From NCBI RefSeq assembly GCF_964204645.1, contig NC_134026.1, positions 11,679,950 through 11,743,949 on the forward strand: 64,000 nt of DNA, written 5' to 3'. The notes under the pieces were generated by a model. That model made no database searches. It saw nothing but the letters and a program-made list of their open reading frames with translations, and was not told where the DNA came from. The position numbers and the translations under genes are program-made. Below are positions 22,672 through 32,200 of the stretch, piece by piece (positions within the stretch are counted from its first letter, which is position 1; every line of letters starts with the position of its first letter). The stretch comes from Tubulanus polymorphus (Eukaryota > Animalia > Nemertea).

Positions 22672-23919
22672 CTAATATTGAATACTATCTAATTGTGAAT
22701 TTACAATATTTAATTGTGCGTCAGATAATATATAAATATGCATTTTAAAATTTTTGATTCCTTTATTCTTTTTCATGAATAATTGTATTCCATCTTTAGT
22801 GTTTTGTAGTTTTTTTCCAGAACCATGTAATGAATTATCTTCTGTTGTTCTAAAATCTAACCATAATGCATATTTATTACCGGTATAATAATCAATTTGA
22901 TTAATGTTACAATTTTCAGATGATTTTACTTTTTCATTCATAAAATGTTTTCTAATTTCTGGCCATTGATCAATCATTCTCATTCCTTGACAAAATATTT
23001 TATTTGCTATTCCTTCGATAGTTATTTCTACTTTTGTTATTTCAGGATTATAATAATTATCAACATTTATTGCACCATTAGAATATGTTGCAATAGTAAA
23101 AAATATTAATATACCTTTAATAGATCTTCTAGGAAAGTTAATATTCTCATTAATTATTTCATCATTTGCATTAATAGTTACAGTTTTAAATTTATCAATA
23201 TAATCATATAATAATGAAAATCCTTGATTGTATTGAGTTTGAATTGTGCTAGCAATATTTTCATTAGTTACTGTGTTATATTCTAAACATATATTTGATA
23301 ATTTATAACCCATATCTTTAACAACGCTAGATAATACAATTTCATTTACAGGAGCAAATGTTATCTCAAATATAATATCTTCTTGAATTGCGTATTTATA
23401 TAAAGGTGCATTATTATTTATCAATTCAAAGTCTAATGGAATTTTATATTTGCTTCCATAAATCTTTTTAATCAAATTATCTGTAGCACGAGTTACTACT
23501 GCATTATTGGCTTCAGATCTTAATTTATTATGGTTTTCCGATTGGATGCCTTGAAATATCATATTATTTCTATTTTCTTTAGTTAACCATAAATCTTTAT
23601 AATGCATAAATAAATTATAATCATCTAATGAGAAAACTGTTTCCGGACCAATCTTTATAGTTAATTTTTTAATCAAATATCTTCCAACATTATCAACAAC
23701 ATAATTGTTATCATGGCCAGTTACTTTTATATCGGCTGATAAATAAATACTGTTTGGAACATAAAAAGTATTTTGTGTTAATCGAGGGATTCTAACGTAT
23801 AAAGTTTCATCGGGATTAATATTAGAAGGGTTATGAGTAATTATATGATGTGATCTCTCTGCTTTAATAGCATTAGATATTCTATAATTCTTCGAAGGAC
23901 TTATATAACTCCCACTCAT
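22672..23919 (-). CDS. Putative double-jelly-roll major capsid protein
   Basis: 415 aa, beta-rich, no TM segment; size and position next to integrase and ATPase fit a Polinton MCP; not confirmed by search. Confidence 0.65.
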   Translation of the reverse strand: MSGSYISPSKNYRISNAIKAERSHHIITHNPSNINPDETLYVRIPRLTQNTFYVPNSIYLSADIKVTGHDNNYVVDNVGRYLIKKLTIKIGPETVFSLDDYNLFMHYKDLWLTKENRNNMIFQGIQSENHNKLRSEANNAVVTRATDNLIKKIYGSKYKIPLDFELINNNAPLYKYAIQEDIIFEITFAPVNEIVLSSVVKDMGYKLSNICLEYNTVTNENIASTIQTQYNQGFSLLYDYIDKFKTVTINANDEIINENINFPRRSIKGILIFFTIATYSNGAINVDNYYNPEITKVEITIEGIANKIFCQGMRMIDQWPEIRKHFMNEKVKSSENCNINQIDYYTGNKYALWLDFRTTEDNSLHGSGKKLQNTKDGIQLFMKKNKGIKNFKMHIYILSDAQLNIVNSQLDSIQY

Positions 23920-23953
23920 TTATTTAACAAAAAAATTAATTATTTATTTTTTA

Positions 23954-25405
23954 TCATGGTTTACTTGATATTTTTTTTGATATCATATTCACTAACCCAA
24001 AAATAATAGCACTTACAACAGTGATTAAAAATAAAATAATATGTTCAGCAGCAAAGTTAAGAATATTACCTGCAGATTTCAATATAAAACCAACAATTGA
24101 AGCAATAACTCCTGGCAATGCTGCAGCAGATTTTTTAGATAGTTCCCATAAATATTTTGCTAATTTCTTTAAACCATCTTTAACTTTATCTTGTATAGAA
24201 TTATTTCCTGGAGGTTTATCTGGTTTATTGGGAGTAGGAGTAGGAGTAGATTTCAGTGAATTTGATATAGCTAAACCTATTGTTGTAAATAACATAGTTA
24301 CAGCTGTTAGAATTGAAAGAATTGTTATTCCTTCTAATTTAAATAATAATCTTATTCTATCTTTTAATGATATTTCAGAATTTGGTTTAATCAACAAATC
24401 TTTAAAAATAACTTTTAATCTATTAATATTATAATCATATGATTTTAATAATAATTTAATTTCTTCTTTCTGAAATTCTATGTTATATTCTAAATCATCT
24501 TTTTCTTTTTCTAAACGTAATTCTTTTTGCCTATATTCTATTTCATCAATTACTTGATGATCTAAATCAGACTTTAGTTGTTCTATTTCTTTATTTTTAT
24601 CAGTTAATTCTTTTTCTAAAGTTCTAATTTTAAAATCTCTTATACTTTTATTATGTGCAATTTTATCAGATGCAAGTCTTATACTAATAATTTCTCTAAT
24701 TGCTTTATCAGAAAATATATCTAAATCTTCTAATTCTTGATCTGTTGCATCAAGTAATCCATTCGGTAAAAGTTTTTCAATTGGAACTTTATTTGATCTA
24801 TGTTTACTATTTTTGGAAGTTATATTCTGTTCAGAAGTTGTTTCTGTTTCTGATTTCTTTTTGATTATTTCAAATAATTCATTAATTCTTTGTTTAAATA
24901 CATCTATATTATCATCTATTTCTTTTTGTGTAACATCAGTTATTTCATTACTATTACTTATTATTTTAATTCTATCTGGTTTTAATTTTTCTAAAGTTGA
25001 TTCTGATAATATTTTATTTTTATTATTTTTATAAGTGATATCAATATAATAATCACCTTTCAAACGATAATAACATTTACCATTATCTAAAAATTTTAAT
25101 TGATCTGCTAAAAGTCCAACGTCTTCATCATTTATGTTAAAATTAGATTTTTCAATTAAATCTTCTAATTTAGGTATTTTGTTTAAATTATCTAAATCTT
25201 GTTTTACTAAATCTGGGTCTAAATTTTCAGGATTTAATTGTGATTCAGCATTTTTAATATAATCAGGCATATTTAAATTATTGTTATATTCTGGTTCATT
25301 ACCATCATTAAAACTTGTTTCATCAAAATCAGGTGGTTGTTCATCAGTTATACCAGGTTTATCAAAAGGATCCGTTCCAATATCTTCTACACCTTCTACT
25401 TCCAT
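23954..25405 (-). CDS. Coiled-coil protein with several C-terminal hydrophobic/TM helices
   Basis: Acidic N-terminus, heptad-rich middle, hydrophobic ITILSILTAVTMLFTTIGLAI and IILFLITVVSAIIFGLV. Confidence 0.8.
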   Translation of the reverse strand: MEVEGVEDIGTDPFDKPGITDEQPPDFDETSFNDGNEPEYNNNLNMPDYIKNAESQLNPENLDPDLVKQDLDNLNKIPKLEDLIEKSNFNINDEDVGLLADQLKFLDNGKCYYRLKGDYYIDITYKNNKNKILSESTLEKLKPDRIKIISNSNEITDVTQKEIDDNIDVFKQRINELFEIIKKKSETETTSEQNITSKNSKHRSNKVPIEKLLPNGLLDATDQELEDLDIFSDKAIREIISIRLASDKIAHNKSIRDFKIRTLEKELTDKNKEIEQLKSDLDHQVIDEIEYRQKELRLEKEKDDLEYNIEFQKEEIKLLLKSYDYNINRLKVIFKDLLIKPNSEISLKDRIRLLFKLEGITILSILTAVTMLFTTIGLAISNSLKSTPTPTPNKPDKPPGNNSIQDKVKDGLKKLAKYLWELSKKSAAALPGVIASIVGFILKSAGNILNFAAEHIILFLITVVSAIIFGLVNMISKKISSKP

Positions 25406-25421
25406 TTATATAATAAAAAAA

Positions 25422-26810
25422 TTAAAATTTAAAATATAATATTCCTCCGATTACAATTCCTATACAAGTTATAGCTAATTTAGTATTTTCATGTGATTTA
25501 TTATCATTATCAGTTTTAATTATATCATGTTGAATTTTATCAGTTTTTATATTTTCTAATGTATTGTAATCTTTTATTTTGGAATCATTATTTAATTTAA
25601 TATTCTTAGTTTTAGTTTCTGTTGATTGAATATGTTTTTTATTTTTTTCACCTTCCATTAATTTTGGAGCAGTAATAATCTTTTTATTTATATCATTTAA
25701 CCCAAATGAATTATTTATTGTTGCAGTTTTAATTAGATTATTATAACCAATTATATTTCCCATCTTTAATACTAAATCATTAGAAATAATTAACAGATTA
25801 GGGCCTATACAATAATTAAGTCTTAAATGAGATTTATCTAAATAATTTTGATATCTTATAATGTTTTCTGGAATCGATCTATTTTTATCATTATGAATTG
25901 AATCTTCAAATAAAACTTTAAATTGTTTTTGTGTATCGAATGATGTATTCAAATTTCCAATTATCGGTGATCTTGTTTCAACTTGTGATCCTAGAATACA
26001 AATCAAATAAGTTCTAATAGATTGATTTATTCTTTCTATACCTGATTTAGTAAAACCTTCACTATTTTCTAAAATAAAATAAACCCAACCATTATTGTTT
26101 TCTTGTTTTAAATGATCATAAAATTTCGGTAATTTATTGAAATTTAATGTTTCTAAATCCTTTGTTTCTATTTTACCATAACCTAATTTTTTATTATAGA
26201 TATTATAAAAACTATTAGATGGTATAGGAAGTGCACAATATTCTGCAATCTTTCTAGGGCAAGGAAGTGATCTTATTGTTCCAATTTTTATTCTAAAATC
26301 AGAATTATTTATATCTATATTAAATTCATTGCAAATTTTATAAAACTTTGATAAATTAATATTATTATCTAATTCTTTAAAATATCTAGATCCTGGTAAA
26401 GCGCACTCTAATTCATTTAATATTATTCTGATTTGAAAGTATGTATGAAATCTAAATAAACTTTGAATTAATTTATATTTAGAATTATTCAAATGATCAT
26501 TCCAACTAATTCCACATCCTGTTGTTGCACAATAAACAGCAAAATTTAATTGATTCTGCCAATACTTCATATTAGATTTTAATAACCATTGTTTTTCATC
26601 TTTCAATTTTTTAAAATCAATTAAATATACATGAAATATATTTTCCATCTTTGCATTAAAATTATTAGTTTCAGTAACATAAATATATAAATCAATTAAT
26701 GAATCTAAAACTTCATTTCTATATGTAATATCTTTATTAAAATCTATTGCTGGAATATTATATTTAATTGATTTATTATATTGGAAAGCTTTTGGAAAAC
26801 TATCTGCCAT
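25422..26810 (-). CDS. Hypothetical protein with C-terminal membrane anchor
   Basis: 462-aa ORF ending LAITCIGIVIGGILYFKF; conserved upstream motif. Confidence 0.8.
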   Translation of the reverse strand: MADSFPKAFQYNKSIKYNIPAIDFNKDITYRNEVLDSLIDLYIYVTETNNFNAKMENIFHVYLIDFKKLKDEKQWLLKSNMKYWQNQLNFAVYCATTGCGISWNDHLNNSKYKLIQSLFRFHTYFQIRIILNELECALPGSRYFKELDNNINLSKFYKICNEFNIDINNSDFRIKIGTIRSLPCPRKIAEYCALPIPSNSFYNIYNKKLGYGKIETKDLETLNFNKLPKFYDHLKQENNNGWVYFILENSEGFTKSGIERINQSIRTYLICILGSQVETRSPIIGNLNTSFDTQKQFKVLFEDSIHNDKNRSIPENIIRYQNYLDKSHLRLNYCIGPNLLIISNDLVLKMGNIIGYNNLIKTATINNSFGLNDINKKIITAPKLMEGEKNKKHIQSTETKTKNIKLNNDSKIKDYNTLENIKTDKIQHDIIKTDNDNKSHENTKLAITCIGIVIGGILYFKF

Positions 26811-26826
26811 TTATATAATTAAAAAA

Positions 26827-27261
26827 TTAATAATTTATTAATTCTTTTAATAATTTATCTTGTTCTTCAACTGTTATATGACCATTTAAACTTATTATAT
26901 AATCTAGTGTGTTCTTTAATTTATTAATTTCTTTTATATTAGTTTTAATTTTTTCTTTATTACTTTTTATATTTAATTTTGAACTTATACCAGTTAAAAC
27001 ACTTGAACTTAATCCTAATACACCAATTGATATAGCTAAAGGTGTTAATGGGCTGAATATTGCTAGAAATGTTATTACAGAACTAATTGTAACCGAACCA
27101 CTAATAATAAGATAATATATAATTTTACTTTTTAAATATTTTTTCTTTTTTATCTTTAAGTCACTTTCAAATTCTAATATTTGTTTTTCTAAATATGTTT
27201 TTAATTTAGTTTTATTTATATCATGAGGAATAATATCAATACTATCAACTTTATCTTCCAT
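26827..27261 (-). CDS. Two-TM hairpin protein flanked by coiled coils
   Basis: IIYYLIISGSVTISSVITFLAIF and LAISIGVLGLSSSVL. Confidence 0.8.
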   Translation of the reverse strand: MEDKVDSIDIIPHDINKTKLKTYLEKQILEFESDLKIKKKKYLKSKIIYYLIISGSVTISSVITFLAIFSPLTPLAISIGVLGLSSSVLTGISSKLNIKSNKEKIKTNIKEINKLKNTLDYIISLNGHITVEEQDKLLKELINY

Positions 27262-27280
27262 TTATTTAGAAAAAAAATTA

Positions 27281-27703
27281 CTAATTAGTAAACTTATAAG
27301 CAACAAATATAACAATAACTGTTCCACCTAAAATCCATATTATTTCATATTTCTGTTGTTCTTTACTTGGGGTATAATAATCTGATAATTTAGGTTTGTA
27401 AAGATGTAATTTTTCTTTATTTGTTACCGCGTTATATAAACTCATAGCATCATCAACTGATTGAAAATCTCTATGTGAAATCTTCTGATCATATAATTCT
27501 TTATTGATGTAATCCATATAGTTTTGTCTCTTTTCTCTATATTCTTCTGCAGCTTTATTGTATTTCTCTAACGCTAAGTTATGTCTTCTTTGTTCTCCTA
27601 ATGAACTATTTTTATCAATATGTTTAAATAAATAACCACCACCAGTAAATGCTAAAGCGTTAACAATTGCCGATCCTATAATAGTTATAATTGCAGAAGC
27701 CAT
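27281..27703 (-). CDS. Small protein with N- and C-terminal hydrophobic helices
   Basis: MASAIITIIGSAIVNALAFTGGGYLF...IIWILGGTVIVIFVAY. Confidence 0.8.
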   Translation of the reverse strand: MASAIITIIGSAIVNALAFTGGGYLFKHIDKNSSLGEQRRHNLALEKYNKAAEEYREKRQNYMDYINKELYDQKISHRDFQSVDDAMSLYNAVTNKEKLHLYKPKLSDYYTPSKEQQKYEIIWILGGTVIVIFVAYKFTN

Positions 27704-27727
27704 TTATTTAGCAAAAAAATTATGCAT

Positions 27728-27949
27728 TTATATGGGAGGAATATATTTTTGTTTTTCCAAATAATCAATTGTTAAATTAGATAAAGTAACTGCTAATGTT
27801 AACTTTAAAATATCATTTATATCAAATCTATCAACATTAACACTTCCCATTTTGAATACTTTTTTTAATACCATTGAATAACCAACAGTTCCAACTGATA
27901 GTAAGGCGCCATTATATAATCCAGTTATTATCCACTTATTATCACTCAT
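27728..27949 (-). CDS. Small hydrophobic protein
   Basis: 73-aa ORF with the conserved upstream motif. Confidence 0.7.
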   Translation of the reverse strand: MSDNKWIITGLYNGALLSVGTVGYSMVLKKVFKMGSVNVDRFDINDILKLTLAVTLSNLTIDYLEKQKYIPPI

Positions 27950-28133
27950 TTATTAATCAAAAAAATTACTATCATCAAAATATTTAGTTAACTTAGTGAT
28001 GATTATTTCAACATTTATTTCATTACTAGTTTCATTTGTATATATTTCAATTATTATTTTTTTGATATCATCGATGATAAAATCTTCATCTAATTCATAA
28101 AATCTTAAAGATTCTCTAATTAAATTAGTAATC

Positions 28134-28245
28134 TTATATAATAAAAAAATTAAAATTTAAAATATAATATTCCTCCGATTACAATTCCTATACAAGTTAT
28201 AGCTAATTTAGTATTTTCATGTGATTTATTATCATTATCAGTTTT
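28134..28245. repeat. 112-bp ectopic copy of 25406-25517
   Basis: Exact match by eye; sits where the polB/intein reading frame is cut off. Confidence 0.9.
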
Positions 28246-31200
28246 CTTCCAATGTTTCAGGTTCTATATTATAAATATTATCAATTATTTCATCAAATGA
28301 CATATGATTCATTCTTGGGTAAAATCTTTTATGTAATAATTCATCTCCAATTTTTATATCAGTTGGTTTTATTTCATCGCCATTTTGTTTAATTAAACTA
28401 TGATCTTCTGTAACATCTACAAATCCTAATTTAGTTCTAACTCTATAGATTTTCTTATTCGTTTTATGTCTAATAATATTATTTAATTTTTTCCATCCAT
28501 TTCTTGTCCAAACATCTATTAATCCATTTATTTGTATTAATTCTTTTTCACCATATGAAATATAAGATTTATTTTGATTAGGAATTATTTCTGAAATTCT
28601 TCTAATTAATATTTGGTTATTGTATTTTAATAATATTGGGGTGTCAGCTGTTACAGAATCAAAATATAATATTTCTATATGTTTTTCTCCAAAAAGTGGT
28701 TGTAAAACATTATAATAAAAATCATACATTAATAATTTTGATACTTCTAAAACAGTTGAACCAATAAATATAGGTTTATTAAATTTCATTGACGTTCTTT
28801 TTAATTTAACTGCTGTTAAATAATCTTCAAATCTTTTATTTCCTAAATGTCTAGGACTTGATTGTAAATGTCTTAATCTTTCAGAATTATTTACTAATTC
28901 AATATCATTTCTATTTCTAATATTTTCACATGTTTTACCATAAAAACTATTATTCATTAATTTGAAGAAATCTTTTTCAAAATCTGTTTTTGATATGGTT
29001 CTCTGTTGAGTATTGAAATCTATATATTTTTCTAACCACTTCGATTGATTAAATTCAATATATCTATGTACTTTCTTTAATTTCATTCCTTGTTTTAGAT
29101 AAAATTTTAACATTCTATAATGAACAATATAATTGTATTTATTATTTTGAGTAAGTATTAATTTTTCCGTAAAAACATGATCTTTCGGTTTTACTTTCTT
29201 CTGGTATTCACTTAAATAACTATCATCTACGGCTAAATGTTCTGGGCAATATGGCAAGTTTCTAGATTTAAATTTAATATGTTCAGGATATTCTAAATCA
29301 ACTACAAAGAAATAACCAATTGGTGCTTCATCTTTTAAACTCGTAATTGCGCTTTCCCAATCAGTTTTATCATCATTTTCAACTTCTGTTAATATAAAAT
29401 TTTTATATGGTTGAGGTTGCATCATTGCCCAACCATATAAATTATTGGCGTCAATATATAATAATTTATATTCATCATTTGCTTTAAAATACCTATCTCC
29501 CATAACACCACTAATTCCACCTCTAATTGATTTTTCAAATAATAAAACCATATCTGGTTCTTTTAATAAATCTAATTCTACATTTGTATATTTTAAACCA
29601 CATTGCCAGGTTAAACCAGGACTTGAATAACAATAACAAGGATCAACATTAAAATGGTTTAGATTAACTTCTCTAAACTTTTCAAATATATCTGCCAATA
29701 TCATAACATCTGATTTTAAATATAAATCAACTAATTCACCATGATTTTTCATATTAAAATGGTTCCAAATATTTAATGTTCTATTAAAAACTTCGTCTTT
29801 CACATACTCCTCTTTTAATTGATCATAAAATTGATCTTTTAATAATTCTGTTACATTAAAATCATCATGTGTTTTATAAAATTAATAAGGAATTGCGCCT
29901 TTATATCTCAATAATTTAAAATCTTGTACATTTGGATAATAATATCGAGTTATAATAAAATCATTATCAACTAATGATTTTGATAAATTATCTAATGAAC
30001 TTGCTAGAAATCTATAAGAATCTAAAAATCTAATGCAACCAAATTGAAATGAAATATAATTTTCAGATGTTTTAGCTAATAGTTTAAAATCATATTTTCT
30101 TACATTTGCTTCATTCATAGCATTATATTCTTCTATTTCTTGATTAATTGCACCCAATTTTCCCGATAATTGTTTTATAAATAGATGGGTATCATATCCT
30201 GATAAATTATGAAATAATATTGGTACGAAATTTACTTTTTTAGCTTGTAAATTGCAATCTTCATGAGCAGCTCCACGATATTTTGAATTTAAATGATCAT
30301 GATCTCTAACTTTTTTATCAAATGAATAAAAACGTTTTTCACAGTAACAACAATGAGTTGCATAATTAAAATCAATTTCATCTTCTTTTGTCATAACTAT
30401 TCTTTTATTTTTGTTTAATAATTTTGTAAAATCACTTTCTAATTCAATCATTTTATCACAAAAATCATTAACTACATTTTCACCTCTAAAAGAAATATAT
30501 TGACTTTCATATAATTCGAGATAATTTGATTTTATATAAATTCCATAAGCAGCAGCTCTTTGATGAACTTTTTTAATTGTATTTATAATTGGTGGGTCTT
30601 GTATTGTGTCTTCATTTAATTCATTTCCTTTATCCATTGATTTTAATAATTGCTTTTTGTTATATATTTCTTTTCTATCTTGATCAGTTAATTCTTTATT
30701 CAACGATTCAAAATCCCCATAAATTACAAATGGAACAATATTTTTAAATTTATGATTAGTAAATTTCAATTTATAATCTTTTTCTGTTGGCATTATTAAT
30801 TTACAAAAATCTTTATTATCACATAATTCTTTATGTTTTAATAATGTATTCTCAGTCATAAATTTAGATAAACATTTTCTACATAGATAAATTTTATTAT
30901 GATGATCACTTTCTGTTCTAAAGAATAAATCAATTTGTTTTAACCACATATAATGTTCATTTTCATCTTTTTTGTAATATAACAAATCTATAGCATTTTC
31001 ATCATCATAATATTCTGTTAAATATAAAGCTTCCAATGTATAATCTTTAATATTTTCACCTTTTGTCTTTGGTAATTGCATTAATTCAAATATATTTATT
31101 TTTAAATTATTAACTTTTTCTATTTTAGGAATCATTTTTATAGTTACTGGATATTGATCAATTTTATATAATGTTTCATATTTCCGGTAATCTGTTATTC

Positions 31201-32200
31201 TATAAACATGTTCTTCTGTTGGATGTAAGCAACTAATAATTGACCATAGAAAACATTTATTATCTTCATTTTGAATATTTATTACTGCTTTTGTTATAAA
31301 TGGTAATTTGATATAACTTGATGCTTTCATATCTTTTTCTGTTATAAAGTTTGAATCATTTTTAAACATTTTATTACTTTTTGATGTTTTATTTCTTTTT
31401 GTATTATAAACATTTAAATCTAAATATATAATTTCATTCAATGTTAAACCAGAACCCTCAAAATATCTTTCTTCAATATGACGTTTAAATTCATTTAATA
31501 TTTTTTCTAACTTCTCTTTTATTTGTGTTTTTGAAATTATTTCTTCAGAGAGTGTTTGAATATTATAATCCATTTTTTCTTCTGACTTTATAAAACTTAC
31601 TTTCCCAGAGATACTAATTTTTGGATATTCAACATCTGTTATCAAATCTAGTATTTTTTCTATTATTTCATTAAATTTACTATAATCTTCTATTGTTGTA
31701 CCTTTAAAGAATCTAAATATAATAGCTGCAGGGCCAATTTTACTATGTAATGTTTCTAAAATTTCAATTGTATCTTTTATTTCTAGTGAATCAATATAAT
31801 TTCTAACATTTTCCATGTAAGGTTTATTTGAAATGGATTTTGTTTTTGAAGTTGATTCTTTTACTTGTTGAGGTTTATTATCAAAATATTCTAATCCTAA
31901 AACATTTTTATTTAAATTTTTGTAATGTTTTTGTGATTCGAGATGTCTATTATAATTCCTTTTTACTATAAATTCGTTACAAACTTCACATTTTATTTCA
32001 TCCACATTCATATTTTCTAATCGTTCTTTTCTTTCATTAGAATTTTCTGGAGTTTCAAAATCTATTACATTTTTTATATGATTTGCAGATTTTTCATGTT
32101 TAGATTTATTAGATTTATCAATGTATTTTTTACAATATGGACAATAATATTGATTTTTATTGACATTATTGTTTTCTGGCTGGTGTTCATTCTCCCCCAT
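28238..32200 (-). pseudogene. polB: Protein-primed family B DNA polymerase with one nonsense codon and a truncated C-terminus
   Basis: N-terminal zinc fingers; YGDFES, FHNLSGYD and YLKSDV exonuclease motifs; DHDH..AHEDCN EndoVII-like insert; YIDANNLYG (motif A); KLMNNSFYGK (motif B). The two ORFs are in one frame, separated by TAA at 29882-29884. Confidence 0.93.
28246..28657 (-). other. Intein N-terminal splicing region inserted in PolB motif C
   Basis: Motif C Y-F-D is followed by SVTADTPILLK (block A), VWTRNGWKK, VDVTEDHSL (block B TxxH) and IKIGDEL instead of TDS. Confidence 0.88.
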
